Positions 9,053-19,128 of a stretch of 64,000 bases of DNA are shown here, piece after piece. Position numbers and translations under genes: made by a program. The stretch comes from Candidatus Omnitrophota bacterium. GTDB taxonomy: Bacteria; Omnitrophota; Gorgyraeia; Tantalellales; Tantalellaceae. The notes beneath the pieces were generated by a model. The model was not told the origin of the DNA. It was given only the letters and a program-made list of their open reading frames with translations, and ran no database searches. The DNA lies in contig WJMG01000027.1 of the NCBI GenBank assembly GCA_014728075.1, positions 696-64,695 on the forward strand, in the 5' to 3' direction. Position 1 is the stretch's first letter. Every line of letters starts with the position of its first letter.

Positions 9053-10000
9053 CTACCGGTTAAAGCACGCGTCGACAAGGTCGTCTATAGTCGAGGTCGC
9101 GAGGCATTGCACCGTATCGGCGCCGCCGTAATATATCTTCACTTCACCGTTATCCTCAGCCACCGCTCCACAGGTAAAAACAACATCATAGGTGAGCCCC
9201 CAGATCTCGTAATCGGTCGTGGGAGAGAGAATGGGAGCTTTTGCTCTTGCGACTATTCTGGAAGGATCGTTAAGATCAAGCAGCATTACTCCGAGGTGGT
9301 ACACATACTGGGCCGCGCACTGCACATTTACCGCGTGATAAATGACAAGCCACCCTTTATCTGTTCTTATGGGAACCGCTCCGGGGCCGTTCTTTTTCCA
9401 CCCCCATTCGTCCTGGCTTTGAGCCACGGCTCTGGATTGACCCCAGTGTATAAGGTCGGGGGAATAGGAAAGCCACATATACCCCTGTCCGTCACCCGTA
9501 TTAGGCCTGTCGAGGCGGCAATAAAGGCCGTTTATCTTTTCCGGGAAAAGCACTCCGTTACGGTTATCGGTCTCGGATATGAAATCCCTGAACTTGAACT
9601 CTTTCATGTCCGGGGATTCAAGGAGGCCGAGCCTGCAGGAATGCCCGCTATGGCACGCGAAAACCACATAATATTTGCCTTCCAGGAGAGTTACTCTGGG
9701 ATCGTAGTACATGCCTGTCGTATATTCCTTGAAATAATCGGTATCCGGCATCTTAATGGGCTCTTTTCTCATCTTGAAGTCTATACCGTTATCCGAGTCA
9801 GCGGGCCAGATGAACTGTTTCATCGAAGGTGTCTCCACCCTGCAGAGCATTACATATTTGCCTTCTTTGGTCTTTACGCATCCGGAATTATATACTCCTT
9901 TTGCCGCCGCGGGAACATCATCCTTTGTGAGTATGGGGTTCCCGGAATACCTCTGCACTATGTTCTCTTTTGTCTTTGGATATACTATAGGCTGTGACAT
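9053..10000 (-). CDS. Glycoside hydrolase family 130 (beta-mannoside phosphorylase)
   Basis: NPIL, YNSG, YDPRV, DNRNGVLFPEKING, RLDRP, YYGGAD. Confidence 0.9.
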   Translation of the reverse strand: MSQPIVYPKTKENIVQRYSGNPILTKDDVPAAAKGVYNSGCVKTKEGKYVMLCRVETPSMKQFIWPADSDNGIDFKMRKEPIKMPDTDYFKEYTTGMYYDPRVTLLEGKYYVVFACHSGHSCRLGLLESPDMKEFKFRDFISETDNRNGVLFPEKINGLYCRLDRPNTGDGQGYMWLSYSPDLIHWGQSRAVAQSQDEWGWKKNGPGAVPIRTDKGWLVIYHAVNVQCAAQYVYHLGVMLLDLNDPSRIVARAKAPILSPTTDYEIWGLTYDVVFTCGAVAEDNGEVKIYYGGADTVQCLATSTIDDLVDACFNR

Positions 10001-10093
10001 GTTACTCCTCTTTTTGAATTTTTAAAAATACCACCGAGCTTCCCGTGAGATGTATTTAACTATAATTCATACTGAAATTCAAGGATTTTTTAT

Positions 10094-10126
10094 AAAAAGC
10101 CCCGGGCTGTAGGGCCCGGGGCTTTT
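10094..10126. terminator. Intrinsic terminator after ParA-CBM48 gene
   Basis: AAAAAGCCCCGGGC..GCCCGGGGCTTTT. Confidence 0.8.
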
Positions 10127-10146
10127 ATCGGAAAGGACTTTCAGGT

Positions 10147-11190
10147 TCAGAACTCGATAACGGAATCGACGGTCCCGAAAATATTCTGTTCCCTTTTGGG
10201 GTTCTCCGGGTCGTAGGTCCAGTTATCGTCAACAAGGAATTTGTAACGGTACTTCCCTCTTTTAAGGTTAAAATGAGCGGACCAGGTGCCGTTCTCGAGC
10301 TTATTAAGGCGATTAGCCTCTGTCTTTTCCCATCCGTTAAAATCCCCGAGCACATAAACTTTGCCTGCCTTGGGGGCGTGCAGCATGAACTCTTTCATAA
10401 GTATATCGTGGCGGATCTTTTCGGCGGTAAGAAGCTCGCTGGTCATGTTGTAGAAATCAAGAGCCGAGGAACACTTGGGATCGTATTCGAAAATAGTCTT
10501 TCCGTTCTTAGCGGCTTCCTTTATCCTCACGCTCCCGCGTATCCTGGTCTCGAGAAGGTAGGGGCCGAGCTTATTCTTAGCGTCCGTCTCAAGCTGCCTG
10601 GCGAACCTCGTCCTCTGGTCGTATATGTTCAAAACAAAGAAAACCCCGGGCCGTCTTCCCGTCTCTTCCTCCAGCAGACCCGTAACCCTGTAAAGGCTGT
10701 TTATCCCGTTGAACGAAAAATAGCTCAGGTCCATGGGGACTATTATAGTATCGGCTGAATACATGGCGTTCAGCGTAAGGAAACCGAAACTGGGAGGAGA
10801 ATCTATTATCACATATTCGTACTGGTCGAAAAAAGGATCTTTAAGTGTATTCGACAATATAGCTGCCGCCCCGTTCATGCCCCCCAGGTTGATCTCGGCC
10901 GCGCTGAGCATCATGTTCGCGGGAATAAAGTGTAAAAGTTCTCTGTCGTTTATGACCAGTTCTTCGGTCGGGAACTGTATGTTATCAAAATGGGAACGGA
11001 ATATATCATAGGATGTACGCCGTTCGGAGGATCTCTCTGTATAGCCCATCGCGTAGGTAGCGTGAGCCTGCGGGTCCATATCTATAAGAAGCGTTTTGCT
11101 GCCCAGTCTCGAAAGCGCTGCGGCCATATTGACGGCAACGGTCGTCTTTCCGCAACCGCCTTTTTGGTTCGCGACAGATATTATCCTCAT
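10147..11190 (-). CDS. ParA/Soj family ATPase fused to C-terminal CBM48 (AMPK-beta-like) glycogen-binding domain
   Basis: NQKGGCGKTT deviant Walker A, DMDPQ, IDSPP; last ~80 aa APKAGKVYVLGDFNGW..GKYRYKFLVDDNWTYDPENP..N.FG. Confidence 0.92.
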   Translation of the reverse strand: MRIISVANQKGGCGKTTVAVNMAAALSRLGSKTLLIDMDPQAHATYAMGYTERSSERRTSYDIFRSHFDNIQFPTEELVINDRELLHFIPANMMLSAAEINLGGMNGAAAILSNTLKDPFFDQYEYVIIDSPPSFGFLTLNAMYSADTIIVPMDLSYFSFNGINSLYRVTGLLEEETGRRPGVFFVLNIYDQRTRFARQLETDAKNKLGPYLLETRIRGSVRIKEAAKNGKTIFEYDPKCSSALDFYNMTSELLTAEKIRHDILMKEFMLHAPKAGKVYVLGDFNGWEKTEANRLNKLENGTWSAHFNLKRGKYRYKFLVDDNWTYDPENPKREQNIFGTVDSVIEF

Positions 11191-11257
11191 TTTCCCTCCC
11201 CATACATTTTGTGGTATATACTCAAGAAAACAGCATATTTAGTGTTATTTTGATAAA

Positions 11258-11286
11258 AGTATAACACATGAATGTATATATGTAAA
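11258..11286 (-). promoter_or_regulatory. sigma70 promoter of ParA-CBM48 gene
   Basis: TTTACA-N17-TATACT. Confidence 0.6.
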
Positions 11287-11540
11287 CAGTAAAATAACTT
11301 AGATCCGGGGTCAGGGACGACGCTGAACGGGGGTTCTCTCTCTCAAAGGCTAAACGGTACTGCTGGCGGGGGCATCCTGCCCTTGAAAGCCGTATCTTAT
11401 TTTCTCTTCTTCCGCAACCGGGCTCTGAAAGGGCGCGCCCTGTTGCGTGCAGCCTTATGAAAATTTTGCCTATACTTTTGAACCGAAATTGTGTATGATA
11501 ATAATCATATTTTTAGCAACCGACCCTTCGTATAGTTGAG

Positions 11541-12401
11541 ATGATCCCTGAGAACATGCTTAATCAGAAAAAAGAGCGCGACGATATCGACGCGGAACTC
11601 TCGCGGACCTATTTCGGGCCGAGGCCTCATGCCCGCCCCCCGAAGAAGCCGGAAGTTTCACGGGCAAAAAAAATTGCACTTTTCTTCTCGGTCCTTATCA
11701 TCCTGGCCGCGGCGGGGACCTTTCTGTTCGTTATCGCCCGGAACAATGTCTCTTTCACTCTCAATGTGAACCTTGGAGAAACCCCGGAAGATACCGCGGG
11801 CGCGTCAATGTCATCCCCTTCCGGCATGGAATCTTCACTGCTTTACGGTTTCGAACAGAACGATAACAACTGGGAGATCCCGGCATGGGCCACCGTTAAA
11901 ACCGACCATGTCGCAAGCGGTCTCAAGAGAACGGACGAAACGGCAAGCCAGGGGCGCGGTTCTCTAGAGGTTTCAGCGGAAATGCCCTTCCGAAGATGGG
12001 CAGGCGCCCTGGTGGAAATACAGCAGTATCTCGACCTCTCCGGCTACGATCGCCTGGCGGCCGACATTTATCTTCCTCCTGAAGCACCTCCGGGGATGAA
12101 AGGCAAAATGATCCTTACTGTGGGAGAAGACTGGCGGTTCGTGGAGATGTCCTGGGGAAAGAAACTCGCACCCGGAAAATGGACCACCATAGAGGCCGAT
12201 ATTTCGGATTCCTCGCGGGACTGGAAACGCACGGTCGTGGACAGCGCTTTCCGCTCAGACATAAGAAAAATATCCCTCCGCGTCGAATCGGACAACAACC
12301 CCGCCTGGTCGGGAAAGATCTATTTCGACAATGTCAGGGTATTGAAGCCGGTTGTTGCCGAGGAAGAAAACCTCTCCGAAACAACTCCAGAAACGGATTA
12401 G
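11541..12401 (+). CDS. Single-pass membrane protein with extracytoplasmic carbohydrate-binding-module-like beta-sandwich
   Basis: Basic N-terminus, one TM, then YGFE..W, DLSGY, W-rich strands and IYFDNVR typical of galactose-binding-like folds. Confidence 0.6.
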   Translation: MIPENMLNQKKERDDIDAELSRTYFGPRPHARPPKKPEVSRAKKIALFFSVLIILAAAGTFLFVIARNNVSFTLNVNLGETPEDTAGASMSSPSGMESSLLYGFEQNDNNWEIPAWATVKTDHVASGLKRTDETASQGRGSLEVSAEMPFRRWAGALVEIQQYLDLSGYDRLAADIYLPPEAPPGMKGKMILTVGEDWRFVEMSWGKKLAPGKWTTIEADISDSSRDWKRTVVDSAFRSDIRKISLRVESDNNPAWSGKIYFDNVRVLKPVVAEEENLSETTPETD

Positions 12402-12407
12402 ATCACT

Positions 12408-12507
12408 GACCACAGACAACAGACCACATATTTCCTATAAATGAGTGGTCCGTGGTCTGTAGACCGTCGGCAAGGCTATCGGCTACGAGCTGTGAGCTAG
12501 AAGCTGT
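12408..12507. repeat. Degenerate heptamer tandem/inverted repeats
   Basis: GACCACA-GACAACA-GACCACA facing GTGGTCC-GTGGTCT, then GGCTATC-GGCTACG-AGCTGTG-AGCTAGA-AGCTGTC. Confidence 0.65.
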
Positions 12508-12876
12508 CTAGTATATCCCCAGCTCCCTCAATCTATCATCGGATATCCCGAAATGGTGGGCCAGTTCGTGCTGGACGGTATGGGCCACAATACGGACTAT
12601 GTCTTCTTTGGACCGGCAGACCCTTTCTATATTCTCCTTGAAGATAGATACCTTATCCGGCATTACCTGCCCGTAATTATGGCTTCGCCTGGAAAGAGGA
12701 ACTCCCTGGTAAAGCCCCAGGACCATGCGCCTGTGCTTTGACCGGAGGAGTCGTGCCTGCTCCGGGGTAGGCCTGTCCTCTACAACAACATCCACATTGT
12801 CCAGTCTGTCCTTAAATATCCGCGGCAGATCTTCAATAGCTTTCACGACCAGCTGTTTGAATTCTTCTTTATCCAT
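12508..12876 (-). CDS. Zincin-like metallopeptidase (Zincin_1 family)
   Basis: LGLYQGVPL, PDKVSIF, HELAHHFGISDDRL. Confidence 0.9.
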   Translation of the reverse strand: MDKEEFKQLVVKAIEDLPRIFKDRLDNVDVVVEDRPTPEQARLLRSKHRRMVLGLYQGVPLSRRSHNYGQVMPDKVSIFKENIERVCRSKEDIVRIVAHTVQHELAHHFGISDDRLRELGIY

Positions 12877-12933
12877 TAGGTTTGGGCTGGAGACATGCTG
12901 AACCCAGGCCTGAACCTGAGCCTGACTCTTAGG

Positions 12934-13965
12934 CTAAAACCCGAAAAGATCCTCGTCCGACGCTCCGGGCTCTTTTTCGAGTTCTTCCTCGAATTTCTTC
13001 GCCGCCGGAGGCAATTCCCCTGAACGCTCTTTAATGTAGTATTTCCTGTTCTTTATGGAAACGAAATTACTCCAGACCTTCCCTTCGGCGGACTGGCTTC
13101 TGCCTATCTCCTTTATGGCGTTGGCCTGGGAGGTAAGCTCGTCGGCGTGATAAACTATGGTCGCTTCCAGGGTCTTCGGAAGCACAGGAGACTGCTGTTC
13201 GTATTCACCGTGATGACTCAGGATTATATGTTCAAGCAGCATGCTGAGCTCCTCCGGGAAGCCTTCTATCGAGTTGATCTTTTCCATCAGCATCTTGTGC
13301 CCGATAACTATGTGGCCCACCAGTCCTCCCTCGACCGTGTACTCCGTCTTTTTAACATCCAGTTCATGGACTTTTCCTATATCGTGGATGAAAGCGCCGA
13401 AGAGCATTATATCCCTGTCGGCTTCGGGATACATAATACTCATGGCATCCACTATCCTCATAACTTCACGGGTATGTTCCATCAACCCGCCGATATAGGC
13501 ATTATGCCACATCTTGCCCCCCATGCCGTCCCGGAAAAACCTCATAAGCCCCTCGTCTCCGGTAAAGCGTTCCTTTAATTTCTTTATCCAGGGATCTTCT
13601 ATAGTATACAGAAGGCCCACTACCTCGTTGAAGATATCCTCCCGGTTTTCCGCCACGCGGACCATATCCTCGTACCTGTACATACGGTCATCGGCTTTCT
13701 CAAGAATGTCTATCTTAAATTGCTTTTCTTCACGGTATTTATCCACCGTCCCTTTTACGCGCACGACATCGCCCGCTTCGGCGGCCTGGTTGAATTTTTC
13801 GGCGTCATCCCATAGCCTGGCCTCTATTTTCCCGGTCTTGTCGGCGAGTGTTATATGAAGATAAGGCTTGTCGTATTTAGTGAGCTTGAGCTCCTTCTTG
13901 CTCATGATAAAGCAGGAATCCACCACTTCGTTCACCTGAAAATCCGATATGAATTTTTTAGCCAT
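12934..13965 (-). CDS. yhaM: 3'-5' exoribonuclease YhaM/Cbf1 family (OB-fold + HD domain)
   Basis: LADKTGKIEARLWD, HNAYIGGLMEHT, HDIGK, GHI, SHHG. Confidence 0.88.
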   Translation of the reverse strand: MAKKFISDFQVNEVVDSCFIMSKKELKLTKYDKPYLHITLADKTGKIEARLWDDAEKFNQAAEAGDVVRVKGTVDKYREEKQFKIDILEKADDRMYRYEDMVRVAENREDIFNEVVGLLYTIEDPWIKKLKERFTGDEGLMRFFRDGMGGKMWHNAYIGGLMEHTREVMRIVDAMSIMYPEADRDIMLFGAFIHDIGKVHELDVKKTEYTVEGGLVGHIVIGHKMLMEKINSIEGFPEELSMLLEHIILSHHGEYEQQSPVLPKTLEATIVYHADELTSQANAIKEIGRSQSAEGKVWSNFVSIKNRKYYIKERSGELPPAAKKFEEELEKEPGASDEDLFGF

Positions 13966-14103
13966 GATCTCTCCCGTATATTTTTTCCTGAACGAATATC
14001 GAAGACCGGGGCATCAAACCCGATACGCCCCTGAAATCCCTGTTTTCTCTCTTCACTCGATCCTGCGCGCTATATCCCGGCTGCGATACCCCGGCAGCCG
14101 CGG

Positions 14104-17100
14104 CTACCCCCAGCATATATTATCGTATTCACATCTCGCGCATCTCTCCCGGCCGTCCCTCTCCGGGAGCTTTTCAAAGCGCAGATCCCGTATTTTATCC
14201 CAGCATTCGCTTATTACCTTAAGCAGATCATCGACCATACCGTCGGTCAGTTCCACCGATTCGTCGCGGTACACGCCTTTTTCCAGGCCGTATTTTTTCA
14301 CCGTATCGCTCGCGGGTTCCAGGAACTGCAGAACACCTTTTGCGACCTTTTTCCCCGCGCCCCCCCCGCTCCGCTCATAAAGCATCTTGTAAGCGATAAG
14401 CTGGCGGTAATAATCGTCGCATTTGTAGCTTGAAAGGTCCCTGCAGTTGGCAATAGCCTTGATGTGTTTGTCGGGTTTCCCTGTCTTGTAGTCTACGACC
14501 CTGATACTGTCGGATGTTTCTTTTTCTATCTTATCGAAAGTGCCTCGGAAGATCAGACCGTCCGGGAGAGGGACCTCAAGTTTATTCTCCAGATCGATCG
14601 GCATGACGGGGTCCCGGGCCTGAAGAAGATACCAGTCCTCGACCTGTTCCAGTTTAGTAACACACCACTTGTTCACGGGGTCGCTGCCCCCCTGATACTG
14701 GAGCTCGTCAAGAAAAGAAGCCCTGAAATCGCTGAAAGCCGGGAACGGCCTGCCCTCCATGTAAATGGAATAGACCTCCTCCAGGGCCTTGTGCGCGCAG
14801 TTGCCGAATATCAGGTGCTGGTTCTTCCTTCCGGGAAGTTTAAGCACATTATCGTAAAGGAATTTCCTGCCGCATTCTATGTAGTTATTAAGGCTGGTAG
14901 GATTAAGCGTAAGGTTTGCGACCAGGTCCTTCAGGATACCGTCCGTATCCTGAAAGGGGTCTTCTTTCCTGGTACCCGCAAGAAAAACCCTGAGAAATGA
15001 TTCCTCGTCCTCGGGAGAACCGGGGACCGGATCTAAGGGCATCCCGTCGAAAAACCTGCTCGTTACGGATTTTTCTCCCGGGGTCGAGGTATAGACCAGG
15101 TTGGCCTTAGCCCTTGTGGAGGCAACATAAAAAAGTCTCAGTTCGTCGTAAAGCTCAAGTTCTTTCATCTTTTTCTTTTCTTCGATCTTTTCCTTACTCT
15201 TGTTTATTTCGGAAGGTATCCTTATGACTTCCCCTTTTCTTCGCACCGGCCAGCTCTTTCTTTCAAGGCAAAAAGGAAGGAAGACCGTATAGAATTCAAG
15301 ACCTTTCGAGGAATGAGCGGTATAGACCCTGACCCCGTCCTGGCTGAAAGTCGCCATTTCACCTTTTACCGGCATGGCGTGTGTTTCCCTCAGCTCCATC
15401 TCCTTCATGAATTCCCCGAGCCTGATCCCCGGACGCGCTATATCCGCCTGCTTTATCATATTGACGAAAGATACCAGAGCCCTGAGATCCCTTACTTTAA
15501 GGACTTTGTCATCAGAGTATTTTTCCAGTATGAACCTGTAAAGCCCGGAATCGTTTATATACCTGAGAAGAAGATCATGTACAGGGATCTGTCCGGAACC
15601 GGAAATAAGGCGGTCTATCACCCACGCCGCCCGGCGCATGGAATAAGGGTCTTTAAGACCCATCGACAGGACCTCCGGCGGAAGATCGTTTCCGTCTTCG
15701 CGCGGCATGACGGGGTCCCGGTCACCGTCCCTTTCGAAGCGTCCGAAGTGTTCCATGAACTTCTGATAAAGGTTGATCGACCTGTACTTATCTCCTCCTT
15801 CCCGTCTGGCGGAACTCTTCGCGGAATTAACGAACGAAATGAATTTGAGCAGGTCCGAGTGCTCGACCGAAAGGTAATCCGATATCAGCACCCTGTAAAG
15901 GGCCAGGGATTTCCCCTCCATATCCGGGACCGGATTACCGGCCAGCTCGAGCACATCCAGCATCTGGCGTACGCGTTTTTCGTTCCGTATATCTTCCCGG
16001 CCGTCGGTAGCGTAAGGGATACCCGCCTTCAGGAAAGCGTCTACCACTTTCAGTATATGAGACCTTTTTCTCACGAGGACCGCTATATTGTTCAAAGGCT
16101 TGGACCTTTCCTCTTCCGTAAGGCCCGGGTCTTTCCGTATGTTCTCGGCCTGAGACTTTATCTCCTCCACCAAAAAGGCCAATTCTTCCTCTTCGGTCAT
16201 GAACTCCCTTAGCTCTATCTTGCCGGAAGAGTAATCTTGCCGGGGATCCAGCTCCTTGGCCTCGATCCTCTCTTCCCGCGGTATTTGTGAGATTATCCCT
16301 GATGAAGCCTTGATGATCCCCCCGGTCGACCTGTAATTATCCCTCAGGGTTATGGTCTCGATGGAGGGCAGCCTCTCTTTAAGCACGCGAAAATTGGAAA
16401 GCGTTGCGCCCTGGAACCTGTATATGGCCTGGTCGTCGTCACCCACACAGCAGAGATTGGGCCGGCCCGCGTCCATTATGGAAAAAAGGAGTTCCAGCTG
16501 AGCGCCGTTAGTATCCTGGTATTCATCGACCATTATGTACCTGTACTGCTCTTTAAGCGCTCCCCTGAGGCCGTCCTCCCGGGCCAGAGCGTCAAGGGCT
16601 ACCAGTATCATGTCATCGTAGTCTATCCTGCCTCTTTCATCGAAAACACCGCTTTCCCCGGTCTGTTTGATGTTCTCGTACCCTTCGTAAATAAGCGAGA
16701 GCTCCTTGAGACGGCGGAGATGTTTTTCCTCGAAACTAACGCCGTCCGGTTCAAGCCGGGAAACCGAATCCTTTAGTTCCCCGGGGGTTATACCCTCGTT
16801 CTTCAGTTCACTTATCTTTTTCTCTATTTCAGATCGGTGTATGTACGGCGCCCCGAAAGGCCTCAACCCGTTTATGCCTTCCAGATTATCTATAAGATGC
16901 TCTATGGCCCGCACCTTTTCTATCTCGCTTATTTCGATCTTATCTTTTACATATTCGACGGCCCATTCGGATTCAAGGACGATCGAATTCGCGAAACTGT
17001 GGAAAGTCTCTATTTCGGCATTATAGCCGTCATGGCCTATAAGGCTAACCAGCCTGTCGCGCATGGCCCGCGCTCCGGCGTTCGTAAAGGTGAGTATGAG

Positions 17101-17274
17101 TATATTCGAAGGGGAAATGCCGCGTTTCCGTAAAATGTTCGCGGCGCGTATCGAAAGAAGCTGGGTTTTCCCGGTCCCGGGACCCGCGAGCACGAGAAGC
17201 GGCCCCTCGGTCCTGTCAACGGCCTGTTTCTGGAATTTATTGAGCTTTTTGTAATGGTCTTCGTAAGACGCCAT
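14104..17274 (-). CDS. UvrD-like ATP-dependent helicase with C-terminal PD-(D/E)XK nuclease
   Basis: AGPGTGKT, VDEYQD, VGDDDQAIYRF, NYRS, HSSKGLEF, YVASTRA; nuclease G.FDKI, VDYKTG, QL..Y; Cys in YIEC and CARCEYDNIC. ORF-track start 17337 lies in a repeat. Confidence 0.92.
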   Translation of the reverse strand: MASYEDHYKKLNKFQKQAVDRTEGPLLVLAGPGTGKTQLLSIRAANILRKRGISPSNILILTFTNAGARAMRDRLVSLIGHDGYNAEIETFHSFANSIVLESEWAVEYVKDKIEISEIEKVRAIEHLIDNLEGINGLRPFGAPYIHRSEIEKKISELKNEGITPGELKDSVSRLEPDGVSFEEKHLRRLKELSLIYEGYENIKQTGESGVFDERGRIDYDDMILVALDALAREDGLRGALKEQYRYIMVDEYQDTNGAQLELLFSIMDAGRPNLCCVGDDDQAIYRFQGATLSNFRVLKERLPSIETITLRDNYRSTGGIIKASSGIISQIPREERIEAKELDPRQDYSSGKIELREFMTEEEELAFLVEEIKSQAENIRKDPGLTEEERSKPLNNIAVLVRKRSHILKVVDAFLKAGIPYATDGREDIRNEKRVRQMLDVLELAGNPVPDMEGKSLALYRVLISDYLSVEHSDLLKFISFVNSAKSSARREGGDKYRSINLYQKFMEHFGRFERDGDRDPVMPREDGNDLPPEVLSMGLKDPYSMRRAAWVIDRLISGSGQIPVHDLLLRYINDSGLYRFILEKYSDDKVLKVRDLRALVSFVNMIKQADIARPGIRLGEFMKEMELRETHAMPVKGEMATFSQDGVRVYTAHSSKGLEFYTVFLPFCLERKSWPVRRKGEVIRIPSEINKSKEKIEEKKKMKELELYDELRLFYVASTRAKANLVYTSTPGEKSVTSRFFDGMPLDPVPGSPEDEESFLRVFLAGTRKEDPFQDTDGILKDLVANLTLNPTSLNNYIECGRKFLYDNVLKLPGRKNQHLIFGNCAHKALEEVYSIYMEGRPFPAFSDFRASFLDELQYQGGSDPVNKWCVTKLEQVEDWYLLQARDPVMPIDLENKLEVPLPDGLIFRGTFDKIEKETSDSIRVVDYKTGKPDKHIKAIANCRDLSSYKCDDYYRQLIAYKMLYERSGGGAGKKVAKGVLQFLEPASDTVKKYGLEKGVYRDESVELTDGMVDDLLKVISECWDKIRDLRFEKLPERDGRERCARCEYDNICWG

Positions 17275-17361
17275 AGGTAATTTCAGCGATCCGGTCTCCC
17301 GGGTTAAATGCGACAAAGGACCGCGGACTCCGGACACCGTTCCCCGGGACCCGCGGAAAGA

Positions 17362-17967
17362 TCATCTCCTGGTGATCTGGAAGATAGCGTTCAGCGCCAG
17401 CAGGTTCGGTATGAACCTTACCGGCCCCCTGTCCGAAAGAAATACCTTCTTTTCAACTACGAGACCTCTTTCCGAGCAAAATTTCAGGAAATCCTTTACG
17501 CTCAGAAAATGAAGGTTAGGGGTGTTGTACCAGGCATACGGCAGGGAACGGGTGACGGGGACATGTCCTCCGAAAAAGATCTGAAAACGGGCGTTGATGT
17601 GGCAAAAGTTCGGAAAACCTATTATGACCTTCGCGCCGACACGCAACGCCTCTTTGATAGCTTCCAGGGGATCCTGGACCTGCTGCATCGTCTGGTTAAA
17701 GATAACAAAATCGAAAAGCCCGTCGGGATATTCCTTCAGGCCCGAGTCTATATCCCCCTGGGAAACGCTCAGGCCTTTTTCCACGCAATTATATATGGCC
17801 TCTTCGCTGATCTCCACACCGCTGCCCCTTACTTTCTTATTGGAAACAAGGTACTCGAGAAGGTCTCCGTCACCGCATCCCAGGTCCAGCACCGTAGCGC
17901 CCTCGGACACCATCTCCCCTATCACTTTATGATCTATTCTCAGATCTTCTTTTCTTTTACTTGTCAT
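17362..17967 (-). CDS. metW: Methionine biosynthesis protein MetW
   Basis: [21 protein letters not shown]; adjacent to metX. Confidence 0.93.
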   Translation of the reverse strand: MTSKRKEDLRIDHKVIGEMVSEGATVLDLGCGDGDLLEYLVSNKKVRGSGVEISEEAIYNCVEKGLSVSQGDIDSGLKEYPDGLFDFVIFNQTMQQVQDPLEAIKEALRVGAKVIIGFPNFCHINARFQIFFGGHVPVTRSLPYAWYNTPNLHFLSVKDFLKFCSERGLVVEKKVFLSDRGPVRFIPNLLALNAIFQITRR

Positions 17968-19120
17968 TGTGGCCCTTCTGCCGCCTGTGCGTGGTATTGA
18001 GAAAATGTTTTATCAGTTTGGTCTCTTCCTCGAACTCAAGAAGGAACGCGTCGTGCCCGTAATCTGAACTTATCTCACAGAAAGTCACATCTATACCGTT
18101 CATCTTGAGAGCTTTCACTATCTCTTTGGACTGAAAAGAGGGATAAAGCCAGTCTGAGGAAAAAGAGATCACCATGAACCGCGAAGCGACCTCCTTGAAA
18201 GCTTTGCTGAGCTTATCATCTTTCTGCAGGTCAAAATAATCCATGGCCTTGGTTATGTAAAGGTACGAATTGGCGTCAAAGCGTTTAACGAAGGAATCGC
18301 CTCTGTACCTCAGATATCCTTCCACTTCGAATTCCGAAGTGAACTCGTAGCCGAGTTTCTCCTTTTTGAGGACTCGCCCGAATTTCTTTTCCATGGACTC
18401 GTTGCTCATGTAAGTTATATGGCCTATCATCCGGGCGACCGCAAGGCCCGCCGAGGGATGCCCCTTTTCGTAATAATCGCCCCCGTTCCAGGCCGGGTCG
18501 GACATTATAGCCTGCCTGCCCACCTCGCTGAAAGCTATCTGCTGGGCTGAATGTTTATAGGTTGTAGCTATGGGTATACAGGAGGCTACAGCATCGGGAT
18601 AAAGTACGGCCCATTGAAGAGCCTGCATACCTCCCATCGAACCTCCGCAAACGGACAAAAGCCTCTTGATGCCGAAAGAGTCGATCAGGACCTTCTGTGC
18701 GTTCACCATATCCTTTATCGTCACCAGCGGAAAACTCAGGCCGTAAGGTTTACCCGTACGGGGATCAAGGGAATTGGGGCCGCTCGAGCCTTTGCATCCT
18801 CCTATTATATTGGAACATACCACGAAATACTTATCCGTATCGAACGCTTTCCCCGGACCTATCATTTCATGCCACCATCCGGGTTTTTTTTCGCCCCTGT
18901 AGTATCCGGCAGCGTGGGCATCACCCGAAAGCGCGTGGCATATGAGCACCGCGTTGCTTTTCCGGGCATTAAGCTTTCCGTATGTTTCGTATGCGATCTT
19001 GAGCTCGGGCAGCTTCAACCCGCTTTCCAGGAGGAACATCTCCCCCTCGGGAAGGTTGAAATACTTCAGCTCCACTAAACCGGGTTCTTTCGTATATTTA
19101 TCTATGTTCTTTGCGTTCAT
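17957..19120 (-). CDS. metX: Homoserine O-acetyltransferase
   Basis: CHALSGD, GGSMGG, RFDANSY, GHDAFL. Confidence 0.95.
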   Translation of the reverse strand: MNAKNIDKYTKEPGLVELKYFNLPEGEMFLLESGLKLPELKIAYETYGKLNARKSNAVLICHALSGDAHAAGYYRGEKKPGWWHEMIGPGKAFDTDKYFVVCSNIIGGCKGSSGPNSLDPRTGKPYGLSFPLVTIKDMVNAQKVLIDSFGIKRLLSVCGGSMGGMQALQWAVLYPDAVASCIPIATTYKHSAQQIAFSEVGRQAIMSDPAWNGGDYYEKGHPSAGLAVARMIGHITYMSNESMEKKFGRVLKKEKLGYEFTSEFEVEGYLRYRGDSFVKRFDANSYLYITKAMDYFDLQKDDKLSKAFKEVASRFMVISFSSDWLYPSFQSKEIVKALKMNGIDVTFCEISSDYGHDAFLLEFEEETKLIKHFLNTTHRRQKGHNDK

Positions 19121-19128
19121 TATTCTTC

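Noticed and set aside
11300-11460. GC-rich hairpins between ParA-CBM48 and the CBM-like gene as an ncRNA or parS
   Set aside because: No match to parS (GTTTCACGTGAAAC) or to any RNA family I recognise; it lies outside both predicted transcripts.
12408-12507. Short repeat arrays as CRISPR
   Set aside because: Units are 6-7 nt with no unique spacers and no cas genes; the Cas4-like cysteines belong to a UvrD fusion.
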